From the human T2T-CHM13v2.0 reference genome, Homo sapiens: DNA of 64,000 nt. Position numbers and translations under genes: made by a program. The notes beneath the pieces are model-generated. The model searched no databases. It saw nothing but the letters and a program-made list of their open reading frames with translations, and was not told the origin of the DNA. The stretch lies in the NCBI RefSeq assembly GCF_009914755.1, contig NC_060947.1; one strand, 5' to 3'. Below, piece by piece: positions 34,761 through 46,597 of the stretch (its first letter is position 1; each line of letters starts with the position of its first letter).

Positions 34761-37700
34761 ATGAACTCGAATTTCACACGGGCAAAGAGGGTGGGAAACT
34801 GGCCCCTATTCTGCCCCCATCCCGACCACGGCCCTGCTCCCTATGGGCTGGTCCCTGCTGCGTGCCACCCTCTGCAGTCCCCCTCCACTGGCACCCTCCA
34901 CCCCATCCGCAGCCACCCTTGTCCCATTTGGGGTCCTGTGTTCCCCTTCCCTCCTTTTTCTTCTCCACCCCCACCCCGCAGCAGGCTCTCTCGCTCAGGA
35001 TCACCAGGTCTCAAGCATTTAGTGCTCACCAAAGCGTCTGCAAGAAAAGTCATTTAATTGGGACCAGATCCTCTGAGGTTTCAGTAGCATTAAAATAAGA
35101 TGGGTTTCCTCTAGGGAAGAGTTGCGGGCAACAGGAAGAGGGCATGGAAAATGGGGCTTTTTTCTTCTCCAAGCTTTAAGGGGGAAAGGCCCCATATTGT
35201 TACTGACATATAAGATAGCTGCAGGCGCATGTCCCCAGAGAATGCCACCCATGTGCCACACACTGCTGTCGTTTTCACTCAGACAACATGTGGAAAGCTC
35301 AAGAATGGGCCTGTTCCTTTTCTCTGGGGGTCACCCCAAGGCTGTGTCTCTGGCTGCCCTGGGCCCTGGGAAAAGGACAGGCACGTAGTAGGTGCTCCTG
35401 CAGAGAGCAGGAGAGCAGGAACAGCCCCCAGACCTTGACCCTGAGGCCCAAATGCTCCTGACCCCACCCGCTCCTCCTCGCAACCCCGCCTCCACCCTTG
35501 GCCAGCCACTATCACCTGGCCCCTGGCGGGCTCAGCTGCCACACGGTGGCTCCCACCTCCTACCCTTATGCCCCCAGTACATCTGCTCGTGCTCCACCCC
35601 ACAGCCTGAGGGGGGCCGGATCCTGTGACTCCTCTGCTTAGCAGTCCAAGGTGGCTCCCTGATTCTTTCAAGGACAAAGGCAAGCCAGCCCACCGCCACA
35701 GACACCTTCCCACGGCTCACTCAGCCTGCTCCACCACATTGCTGTCATTGCCAATGCTCAAATTGGGCCCAACCCTTTCTCACCTGGGGCCTCTGCACTG
35801 GCCATCCCTCTTTTTCGGAGGGCTCTTTCTGTGGCTTTTTGCATGGCCATGGCCTCTTCACTCATGCCTCTGCCCAAATGTCACTTTCTCACGGTCCTCA
35901 CCTGATCCCCTGTCAGTGAGCAAAGAATCCACTGTCCAGTCCTCGTTGATGACAGCCTTGAGGGACAAACAGCATTGCTTTGGCATCCTCCAGGCTACCA
36001 ATCTGAGTCCCAGCTTGTAGAGGGTATGTGTGTGCATGAGTGTGTGAAGAGTGGGCTACATGGAAGGGAAGGGGGAGGAGGACAAGGGACAGGAGTCCCT
36101 TCCTTGACCTTAGAATCCTGGGATTGTACAACTAGAAGCGACCTTGATCATGTAATCCAGCTTCTCTAGGCGCCTTCTGGCTCTCAGATTCTAGAACTTT
36201 CTAAGGAGCCTGTTTCCACCATACTGAAATGAGAAGACTGGGGCACTGAGGAGGGAGGGAAGCTTGTTCCTGATGTCACATGGCCAGTCCGTCCATGGCA
36301 GAACTGGGAGCCCAAAGCTCTTTCCAGCAACCCTCGGGCTGCATCCCTGGTTCCTGGAAAATCCCAACAGCCCTCCCACCCTCTGCTCCAGACACCGGGC
36401 TCGGGATTACTGTTGGCTTGGGGCCTGCCTGTCTCAGCACAAGTCCGTCAGTGAGCTCTTGGGCGGGGGGGAGGGCAAGGCAGAAACTTGCCGGGAGCCT
36501 CTGGCTCTGCTGAGCCCCTGAAGGCTGGCTCTGCTCCATGGGGGTTCCTTCAAGGTCCCCACAATGGCCGGGTGCCCTGGGACTGGACAGAGTGGGCAGC
36601 AGGAGTACCACTCCCCAGGGGCCCACCCAGGTCAGCCACCAGGCTCCCGACCAGGGGAAGGGCAGCGAGGCCAGGCCTCCATGGGAGCTGGGAACTGAGA
36701 GCACCCCAGGCCTCACCCCTTCCTGCCTAGGTGGGTAGGAGCGGAGTCCCTCCCTCCTCCAGGCTGGCTGTGCCAGAGAAACCTGGGAGCAGGCTTCCCC
36801 CACCCCCAGCCCAGCTAATGGGAACCAGATGGCAGGATGTTTAGTCAGCGCCTGGGGAGCGGCGCAAACAGGGGAAATGGGTAGGGGGCCAGGATTCCAG
36901 AATCCATCCCCAGGCAGGGGGAGGGGCGGAGCCGGGGTTCCCATCACCGTCCAGTCTCCCGACCCCAGGTGCTAGGCTCAGCTCAGGCAGGGACCTACCC
37001 CGTTTCTCAGGCGATGCCTGGACCAGGAGGCAGGAGGACTGGCCTCTGGTATCGAGACTTGGGTGAGCCCCACTCCTTCTCTGTTCCTTCTCTGTAAAAT
37101 GGGGGGTCGACTGTGCTCTGTCTTGCAGGATCCTGGGGCAAGCTTCACTTAGTCTTGGCAGCATACTTCAAGTCTGCCGTGCCCCAGTGCTACCCTGTCC
37201 CAGCTTCGGCAGCTGCCCCCAGGCAGGACACTGGCCCACAGCCATCCTGTGTCACCCACAGGACGCACAAGGAGATGGTGGCCTCATCCCTGACTCCAGA
37301 GGCATTTGCTGACTCCCTAGATGGTCCCTGTTTCTGGTCTGTACGTGGCAGGGTCCAAATTCAGGTCAGAAACCAGAGCCCTGGATGGCGAGGGTACCCT
37401 GGATATAGCAGAGGACCCCATGTGGCTCCTACGGGACTGTTAGCTGGAGCGGCAGCTCCTCAAGGAGCCCAGTGAAGACCCAGTTGCCAGGCCTCCTCCC
37501 CACCTTGACCAGCCCTGCACCCCTCTGGATCTCACACATTGCCTCATTGCCCCAGGATGGAGACTCCTGCCTGATGGCCCTTGCCGGCCCCTGCCCCTCC
37601 TCCACTGCTTCCCTTCTCCCCTCCACCCAAGCCTTGCCCACAATTAACTCATTTCTTAAGATCGCTTCCAAACCTAAGTCAACGCTGGACAGGGCTGTAG

Positions 37701-38826
37701 GAAAAGCTTCCTCAATACTGGCCCTGAAGAGCCGAGCCAGCGGTGAGATCAGTCCTCTCTGCCAGCCCCCGCCTGCCTGCTCCCACAAACCCTGGCTCCC
37801 ACAGCAGAACGCGGGGTTGGGGCTGCAGGGACACCCCAGTTGGAGCAGGGACTTCCGGCAGCCCTCTGAGGGTGGCGGGCTCTAGGAACTGGAGCCAGAC
37901 ACCCCCTTATTTGCCCCTCACTCCACCACACGCCCCTCTGGCCCCACCCAGCAGTCCCCTCATCGAGCCCAGCCTATTTTCCACCTCATGTCATCCTGAC
38001 CCACAGGTGCCCCTCTGACCAAAAGGATGCGTGCAGCCTAGGCACATCAGAGATCCCAGACTGTTGGCCAAGAAGTCTGGGGGGGACCTGTGACATGGCT
38101 TCACCCAGGCAGTGCCTGGAACACCCATGCTCCTATGTAGGGGGTCGGGACAGCCACAGAACGTCAACTCTGCCCCCTACCCCATTTTACAGAGGAGAAG
38201 GTAGAGACCTGGAGGGCAAGCAGAGGAACCAGGAGCCAGCCCAGCCCGAGGCACACCCATGCCCAAGCAGCACTGGGGTCTCAGGCACGGGAGGCATACC
38301 CTCGCCGCCTGCACTGTGCCCACAGATTCTATTTCCTCTGGAACCCGGAGGCCTCCACAGTGCTGCCCACGGCAGAAGCCCACGGCCTTGGCACCCACCC
38401 CCTCTCCTTTCGCAGCCATGGATGCAGGGCCCAGCAGCCTGCGGTGGCCGACCCGCTCTGTGGTGGGCCTCTCAGGCCTGCCACGTGTGAGACAGAAGCC
38501 CCATTCATGGAGGCCACTGGGCCAGAGCCAGCGGAGAATCAATGCGGGCCTCACAGCAAAAGGGCAGGACCGTCCGGTCTGAGGAAAGGGCAATCTGTCT
38601 TTCTCTTCAGGTGGGAGCAGTGCACGTTGTGGGGAGTTGGGGGCAAGGTCGGGGGAGGCGTTTGCTCGACAGAAGGGGGGCCTTCCCAGGGAAGGGCTGG
38701 GGTGGGCAGGGAAGACTCCAAGTGCCGCAGCCAGGGCCAGGAGCTCAGGGAGCAAGACCAACTTGTGCCGTCCGCCATCGTCCTGCCGTGGCCACCACCG
38801 TGCCTCTCCCAGCTCTCCTTCCCTCC

Positions 38827-38959
38827 ATGGCAGCCAAGAGGAGTGTGCTGCTCCCCATCCTGGCACTGTGGGCGGGGAGCTGCTCAGGAGGGGCCCCACC
38901 AACCCCCATGGGCTTGGCTACCCTGCAGCTGCTGCCCAGCCCACCAGGGGCCCCCGACG
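38827..38959 (+). pseudogene. ECMXP: ECMX-like coding exon 1: signal peptide MAAKRSVLLPILALWAGSCSG...
   Basis: CTCCATGG start; basic n-region, hydrophobic core and small residues; strong donor G|GTGAGT in phase 1, matching the next exon. Confidence 0.7.
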
Positions 38960-40152
38960 GTGAGTAGCTGGCACCAGCAGGAAGAAGACTGCCGCAGGCT
39001 GTCCACCTCAGGCCCACTTTGGGTACTCAGGCAGGGCTGCAAAGGGCCCATGGCCCTGAGAGAGCCCTCCCTGGAGGGCGAGGGGTGTGCGCAGACTCTA
39101 GGGGCGAGGGAGGGAAGAGGCCTTCCTAGGAGCGGGCGCTACAGTGAGGCTGAGAGCGGGCTGGGGTGTGCTGGGGAGGAGTTGCTCTGGCTGCCCCAGT
39201 GCCTCCTGAGACAGGAAGAATCTCAGGTGGCTGGGAGTATAGGGCTTGGGGGTGAAGTGGGGTTGCTGGCAGAGAGGGGCTTGAGGGGCCCGAGGACATG
39301 GGCTATGAGTGTGGCCTTTGTCTTATAGGCCAGTGGTTGTAGCCACACTTGGTGGCCCTGCCCCAGGCTTGGGGGTAGGGCGGGAGGGGCCAGGTGGGTG
39401 GGTCTGCCCCTCACCCCTGCAGACAGAGCGGTGCCCCCCATGGTTGGCCCTGGTTAAGGAGGAGCTGCTCCATAGAGGACAGGAGGCATTGGGGTTATCA
39501 ACATTCCTCCAAAGTGGCTCACAGACCCCTTGAGGTGGCCCCTGGGCTTGCCTAATCCCCAACAAACCCCCTGTAGCAGACACTGGGGCTTTCACTTCTA
39601 AAAGCAAATTGTGCCAGGTCGCAGCGACCCCTTCATCTCCCCAGAAGCTGTCCCTAGGAAGCACGTGTGAAGTCCTTGCTCACTAATGGGTATGGGGCAA
39701 AGGGGATGCTGGGGAAACGCCCTACCCCCCACCCTTGGGACACACTGGGGAAGTGAGGGGAGGTGGGACCCAAGGTCCCTTGAGCAGCCCAAGGCTTTCT
39801 ACCCAGGGCTGCTGAAGCTCCCTGGGCCCAACCACCGGTCCAACCCCTGGGCCTAACCTATAGGCCCAGCCCCTTAGCCCTAATGGGCCTAGAGCGCCAC
39901 CCACCCCCCTCCCCAGCAGTGAGGAGCTGTGTAAGTTCTGAGAGGTACTCTGGGTTACTGGCCCCAGGGGCTGGTGGCCTGCTGCTGACGGTGGGGACAC
40001 TCTGTTCTCTCGCCAGTGCTCCTCAGGAGGTAAGGGAAAGGCGGGGCGGGGGGAGGCCTGGGTAAAGAGGAAGGGCGATGGGCTTTCTAGCAGCTGACAG
40101 CCCCTTGGGGAAAGGAGGCAAGGCCCCCAGCCCACACTGGCTCCTTCCGCAG

Positions 40153-41221
40153 GTCAGCTGCAGCCCATCCCTGGCATCGGCCACCCAGACAAGCCTGAGG
40201 CTGGGAAGCTGGACCAGTTGCGGGATCAGCCCACCCCGAAGCAGGGAGCTCAAGGAACCCCCACCCAGTCCCCCTCCACTGGCTGGAAAGCGCTTCCCAG
40301 GCCAGGGCTGGCCCTGAGGAAGGAGTCACCCCCAGTGACCTTGGAGCAGGAGCAGGGTCACAACAAGGGCCTGGTCGCTGAGTGGGCTCAGCCCCAGGCC
40401 ACAGCTGCCATGAGGGCTGGGGCAGGGAAGCCCGAGGCCTTGAAGCTGAGGCCCTGGCAGGCCGGCAGGGACCCTCAAGCTCAAGAGGGGGCAGCAGTCA
40501 CCGAGGAGGACCAGGGCCAGAGGACAGGAGGCCGGGAAGACAAGGGAAGGGGCCTGAAACCCAGGAGGCCCCCCAAAGGTGAGAACTGGCCAGGACAGGC
40601 GGCCTTCAGGTGGGGCCTGGGGCCTGCTGGGGCTGACAGGACCACGCATGAGTTTGGCCACCCAGGCACTGCCCCGTTCCCGGTGTTTCCAAGCCAAGTG
40701 CCCTCGTGTGTGGGGTGGGAGGGAAGCCCTCCAAAGTCACGTCCCCTCCCCAGCCTCAGAGCCCCCATTTGGGCCTTTGCCCTTGGTGCCAAGGGGAGGG
40801 GTCCCAGTAACCTGTCGCTCCAACCCAGGCTGGCTGAGTCACTGGCAGGCCCTGGGAGCCTCGGGCAAGCCCCTGTTCCTCAGTAGGGCCCCTGTTGCTT
40901 GTGACCCAGCAGGGGCTGTCTCTCTTCCTCCAGGGACCTCCCATCAACCTGGGCTGAGGATCCGGCGCCCACAGAAGGACCGCAGCCGAGGCCAGGGTGG
41001 CGGCGGCAGCACCTCCAAGACCCCAGGCCATGGGTGGAAAAGACCAGGAAGCACACATGGGCACAGGCACAGGCACGCAGACCTGGGCACCACCCAGCAG
41101 GCCATGCCCTCTCTGCCGGCCTCGTGCCTCCTGGCCCAGGCAGTCATCGCCTGTGGCAATGTCAAGATGAAGCATGTCCCTGCCCTGACCCACCCTGGTC
41201 TGACCACACTCTACCTGGCAG
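40153..41221 (+). pseudogene. ECMXP: ECMX-like exons 2-3 (40153-40578, 40934-41221): low-complexity/basic N-terminal region and LRR N-cap (LPASCLLAQAVIAC)
   Basis: Acceptors ccttccgcag and tcttcctccag; donors G|GTGAG and G|GTGGG; frames open. Confidence 0.8.
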
Positions 41222-41382
41222 GTGGGTGGCCTCCTCGCCCCACACCCACCCCTGCAGCAGGGGTGAGAAGGCTGAGACCTGGGCTCCCACCCTGGCTCCC
41301 CTGAGCAGCCCTGTCTGGTGTGGGAGGTACAGAGTGGCAGCGGGCAGGGGGCAGAGAATATGGCTGCCCCATGTGCGCACAG

Positions 41383-43017
41383 AGAATGAAATTGCCAAGA
41401 TCCCAGCCCACACGTTCCTGGGGCTGCCCAACCTGGAGTGGCTGGATCTCAGCAAGAACAAGCTGGATCCCCGAGGCCTGCACCCCCATGCCTTCAAGGT
41501 ATGCTGTGGCCCATTCACCTCTTCTCGGGGGCCGGGGCTGGGGCTGGGGCTGGCAGGTCCCAGGTGACCTGAGGCATCCACTCACTGCAGGGTGGAGCTG
41601 CTTAGGGGGTAAGGCCTGGAGGAGGCACTGCAGAGAGCAGCCAGCATGGTGGGCTTCCACAGTTTGGTGTGACGTGTTCCATCGCTGGGAGTAGGGGGAG
41701 CAGCACAGGCTTGCAGGCCCTGTATAGGAGCAAACAGAAACCTTCCCAGACAGGCCTGGATTCAGTGGGAACTAGGAAGCCATGATGCCACCAACAGAGT
41801 GCCCTTGGTCAGGATGGGCCCAAAGCCATGCCCAGGAAGGCCTGTGCCCCGACCAGCAGGCCCCCAACCCCAGCCCACCTATTCCCCATGACCTCCCAGA
41901 ATCTGATGCGGCTGAAGCGGCTGAACCTGGTTGGGAACTCGCTGACCACAGTCCCGGCCCTACCTGCCTCCCTGCAGGAGCTCAAACTCAACGACAACCT
42001 CCTGCAGGGCTTGCAAGGCAGCAGCTTCCGTGGTGCGGGCGAGTTCCGGGGGCAGGGACCGAGGGGGCAGGCCTGGGCAGGTGCCCCACCCCCAGGACAG
42101 GGGCTGGCAAGGGGTGGGTCTGCCCTCTAGGAGGCACACTCGGGAGAGTGCCCAGGGCAGCCTGGCTGGAACGCAGAGGAGACTGCCAGCCTGGGTAAGG
42201 GGCCCTGGCCTCTAGGGGCAGGCAGGGGTTCTAGAGCTACTGCGAGCAGCTCTGCAATGGCTCACCGCACCCCTCTGCCCGCCTGCAGGGCTCAGCCAGC
42301 TGTTGACGCTGGAGGTGGAAGGGAACCAGCTGCGTGACAGGGACATCTCCCCCTGGCCTTCCAGCCCCTCTGCAGCCTGCTCTATCTGAGGCTGGACCGG
42401 AACCGGCTGCGGGCCATCCCACGCGGCCTGCCGTCCTCCCTGCAGTTGAGCTGGAGCCCCCAGGATGGGGAGGCAACATTGTTACCATCAAACAACCCTG
42501 CCTCTGCTTCTGCTGAGGGGGCGTGGAGCAGCCCATAGGGGGATCTGTGCGCTGAAACTCACGAGGCTTCAGGCCTCTCCTCAGCTTGACCTAACCTTCC
42601 AGAAGCCCACAGTGGGACCTCCTGGATGGCTCTGCACCCTCTGGGTTCTCTGAGTAAGGCCCATACCCTCTCTCTGGACCATACAGTCCCCTGAAAATCC
42701 ACCCCTGCCATGGGCCTGACTGCTCAGGGCAGAGACTGGCACCTGAGTTGCACAGACATGGCTGGGTGGAAGGAGGCAGTGCCGGCAGAGAATGGGCACA
42801 GCCAGAGTTGGAGCCTGACCAGGTGGCCAACAACTGGCAGGTGGGCCCCTCACCCCAACCCCTGACCCCGACCCTAGGAGCTGCACCTGGGCACCAACCT
42901 CATCGAGGAGGTGGCGGAGGGCGCACTGAGCCACATCCACAGCCTCAGCGTGCTGGTGCTCAGCCACAACTGGCTTCAGGAGCACTGGCTGGCACCCCGA
43001 GCCTGGATTCATCTCCC
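41383..43017 (+). pseudogene. ECMXP: ECMX-like LRR exons 4-7 (41383-41498, 41900-42032, 42289-42445, 42878-43017)
   Basis: LxxLxLxxNxL repeats in each exon; exon 6 carries both disabling lesions. Confidence 0.88.
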
Positions 43018-43524
43018 GTGAGTGGCAGTCCCAGAGCTTCGCCCCAATGGGCATTCGGAGGCAGAGAGCAAGGATGGCCCAGAGCAGCCCCGAGAGGCAG
43101 GTGGGGAAGGCGGAGAGGGCAATGCTGAGCCACGGAGCCCCAGAGAGGGCCAGGAGGCAGGGGGCTCCAGGGGAGGACTTGTTCCTTGGGCCTGGTCTTC
43201 GGTGGGTCACTGGGGTCACCTCCCTCCCTGCTTAGGTTAGCCTGGGCCCTCAGTCACCACAGACTCTTCCAAGATATTGCTTGCAAGCTTGCAAGGCCTT
43301 CCCTCTGTCCCTCCCACCCAGCAGAATCCCCTTTGCCCTCCCGTGCCTAGGCCTGCCCTGCCGGCCCCCAGGAAGCTCACCTGGGAGGTGCCACGGGCCT
43401 GGATGGAGGGCAGCAGTGGTGGGGAGAGCTGGCCCGACGATGGGTGCAGTTAGGAGGTGACAGGGGCAGGAAGCAGCGCGGAAGGGCTGGGGGCACAGGA
43501 AAGTGGGGAAGAGAAGTGCATGCA

Positions 43525-43915
43525 TGTCCTGGGGCTGCCATCACTGAGTGCCACAAGCTGGGTGGCTTCAAACAACAGAAATAACCTCTCTCAGTTGCAG
43601 ACGCCAGAAGTCTGCAATCTAGATGTTAGGGGGCCGTGCTCCCTCCGGAGGCCTAGGATGGGATCCTTCCTGCCTCTCCCAGCTTCAGGGGGCTCCAGGT
43701 GTTCCTGGGCTTGTGGCTGCACGTGGCCGTCTCCCCTGCGTGTCTCCCTCTGTCTCGTCTTCTCTCTTCTGTCCCTCAAAAGCACACCTGTCATGGGAGC
43801 GGGGCCCAGCCGGGGAACCCAGATGAGCTCAGCTCGACATCCTCCCCTGCAATCCTTACATCTGCAAATAAGGCCACGTTCACAGGTTCTGGTGGACATA
43901 GGTTCTGGGGGCCAC
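43525..43915 (-). mobile_element. MaLR solo LTR (MLT1-like), antisense, in an ECMX-like intron
   Basis: 'ggggctgccatcac..ccacaagctgggtggcttcaaacaacagaaat', 'tccttcctgcctctcccagcttc', 'caaataaggccacgttcacaggttctgg'. Confidence 0.8.
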
Positions 43916-45342
43916 TCTTCACCTCATTCCAAGAAAAGTCAAGGGCAATTCCCTGGATCTGGTTGGGACAGCTAGGTAGAGATGCTGGCACACAGGCCAC
44001 TCACGGCAACCAGATGCTGTAGGGCTGTAGGAGTCGGGCTAGGGAGTCAGGACACGGTCCTGGGAACAGCGGGGAGGGCTGGGGGAGGCTGGGTGCCAGG
44101 CGGGAGGCTGAGGAGGGCCTGATGACCACCAAGGCAGGGTGGGGCCGCAGTGGGGAGGGAGGCGGGGGTCGACAGACAGTCTGACCCGCCATTCCAGGGA
44201 CCAGAGCCTCCCGCCCTGCATCCTTGCGTTCCAGGAAAAAGTTACCAGGACGTTTGGGTTTAATTATTCCTCTTTCCTCTCCCCCACTTGCCAAGGGGGC
44301 AAAGGAAAGCAGACAGCAGCCTGGGAGGGGCTGCCCGGCCGCTATTCCACTCCCGCCACGAGGCCTGGGCAGGGGGCTGGCGGCCAGTCAAGCCCCAGCT
44401 GCCTCAGCCGCGGCCTCTCCTGGACTCTGGCGCCACCCATCTCTTTTCGGGCTGGTGGAAAAGGAGGGGACCGAGAGGCACAGGAGCAGCCCAAAAGGCT
44501 GACCCTAGCCACGGGGGCTGAGGGTGTTGCCAAGAGAAGCCTTCCCTGCTCCCTCTCTCCATGTTCTTACCCATTCCAGAAGCCTCACCACCCTCTGCCC
44601 TTGCACACCTGCATGGCCACAGGGACCAGGGCTTCCTGCTGCTGGGGTCAGGGCCTCAAGGAGTCAGGTGTCCACCATGGAGCGACCGGGGGCTCCCAGC
44701 TGAAGGTGGCAGCCTGAACTCCACTATCGGACAGCGAGGGCTGGGTGACCTCCCAGGGTCCCCCAGCCCTAACCCTCATGGAGCCTGATCTTTTTCTCCC
44801 CACACATCTAGCTTCCACACATCTGAGGATAAGACTGGGAGAGGCAGGATGAGGGCAGGAGAGTGGAAGGGACAGAGGAGAGGGCTTCGAGGCCGAGGAC
44901 CGGCAGGGGCAGAGAGCTCCCCTGCCCCACTTTTCCCCTAGATTTTAGGCGTCACCCTCTGAGCTCTGTCAGGTGTCAGGATTAGGAGACAGGAGACCCT
45001 GAGGCAACACCTGGAGGGAAGGAAGTGAGTGGGAGGACAGTTCCTCAGTCTCCACAATGACAGCAGGTATCGCTAGCCCTGCAGGGAGCAAGGAAGGCCC
45101 CCACCCAGATCCTCTAATCCCTAAGCCTTGGGGGACAGAGGAGGACATAAACCCACACAGGGCCTGGCCTGACTCACACAGGAGTTGCCAGAGTCCCAGC
45201 TGTTGAGAGTTCGGGTTGCGGCTGCCATCTCGGAGTGAATCCCCACGCTCGTCTTGGGAGTGTGGGGCTGCAGCCCCTGGAACTCCCCTCTAGGAGTTGC
45301 CAACCGTCAGCTCCCTCTGCCCCTGTGTGCCCCGCCCCACAG

Positions 45343-46383
45343 GAAGCTGGAGACCCTTGACCTGTCCTACAACCGGCTGGTGCACGTGCCCCGCTTCCTG
45401 CCGCGGGGCCTGAGGCGCCTGACGCTGCACCACGACCACATCGAGCGCATCCCTGGCTACGCGTTCGCGCACATGAAGCCAGGCCTAGAGTTCCTGCACC
45501 TGTCCCACAACAGGCTGCAGGCTGACGGCATCCACAGCGTGTCCTTCCTGGGCCTGCGCGCCTCGCTGGCGGAGCTGCTCCTGGATCATAACCAGGTGCA
45601 GGCCATCCCACGCGGCCTCCTGGGCCTCAAGGGACTGCAGGTGCTGGGCCTGAGCCACAACAGGATCAGGTAGGGCCCCCCTCCTCGACCCCACACCTGT
45701 GGCCGTCTCCACCCCCGCACCCTGCCAGCACACAGAGGAAGAGGTACCCTGAGGCCAGGAGGCCCTGCCTTCTGGCTGGGCTAGGACAGGCTGGCCTTTG
45801 GGCTCCTTACCCACAGGCCGCAGAGGCCGAGGGCAGGAGTCGGGGCTCATCCATCCTCCCCCAATCCAGCCATCCACCCATCTTGGTTGCCATGATGGAG
45901 GCTGTGCCCAGTGGCTGGCAGGCCTGGAAAGCCAAGGGCAGGCAGTGGCCGGATGCTGGCAGGGCTCCAGCCTGGAGCGACAAGGGCTGGGGCTGGAGGC
46001 CTGGCACTGAGCCTCGAGTTGGGAGGGGGCCAGGAGGCCGCAGTGGTCTCTGAAGCCCGCCATCACTCCTCCACAGTTCCGATTCTGTGGCTCGGTCTTA
46101 CTGCTTCTCTCAGGGCAGGGGTCTCTGTCTCTTCTTGAATGATGCCTACCCCGTCTTTCCGGGGTCTTCTCTCCCCTGCTCTGCCCCACCCATCCCTTGC
46201 AGACAAGTGCCCTTGAATTCCATCTGTGACATGCGCGTGGCTCAGGACTCCAACCTTACCTCCACACACCTGGAGAACAACCTCATTGACCGGCGCCGCA
46301 TCCCGCCCACTGCCTTCTCCTGCACCCGAGCCTATCACAGCGTGGTCCTCCAGCCCCAGCGGCGGGGGGAGGAGGGCTCCTAG
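45343..46383 (+). pseudogene. ECMXP: ECMX-like LRR exons 8-9 (45343-45669, 46203-46383) with C-terminal Cys pair and stop
   Basis: Open frames KLETLDLSYNRL...LSHNRI and QVPLNSICD...AFSCTRAYHSVVLQPQ..*; canonical splice sites. Confidence 0.9.
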
Positions 46384-46591
46384 TCCTGCCTGCCGCCTTC
46401 CTCCAGCACACACTCTGCTTCTCGAGGGGGTGGAGGGGCAGGCTGAGGTGTGCTTGGCCTTTGCACCACTGGGAGAAAGGTCTAGAAGACCCCACTGCTT
46501 CCAGTGCACCCACTTCCCATTGACTGGTGAGGCCGCTTCACTTAGCAAATGGCCCAGGGGCGAAAGGTGGCACTGGTTTGTACTTGAACAT

Positions 46592-46597
46592 AATAAA
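46592..46597 (+). terminator. AATAAA poly(A) signal of the ECMX-like gene
   Basis: About 210 nt downstream of the TAG at 46381-46383. Confidence 0.7.

Larger units (their letters stand above)
38827..46383 (+). pseudogene. ECMXP: ECM2-like secreted small leucine-rich-repeat gene, unitary pseudogene (probably ECMX/ECMXP)
   Basis: Nine phase-consistent exons: 38827-38959, 40153-40578, 40934-41221, 41383-41498, 41900-42032, 42289-42445, 42878-43017, 45343-45669, 46203-46383. Signal peptide, LRRs collinear with ECM2 (e.g. GLPNLEWLDLSKN, IERIPGYAFAHMKPGLEFLHLSHN, DSNLTSTHLENN..FSC). Frameshift at 42349-42353 and TT donor at 42446-42447. Confidence 0.88.

Noticed and set aside
38700-38945. Cys-rich alternative frame (KCRSQGQELREQD...VCCS...CSCCP) superficially like the ECM2 vWFC domain
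   Set aside because: Cys spacing does not fit vWFC. The overlapping frame gives a convincing signal peptide whose donor phase matches the next exon.
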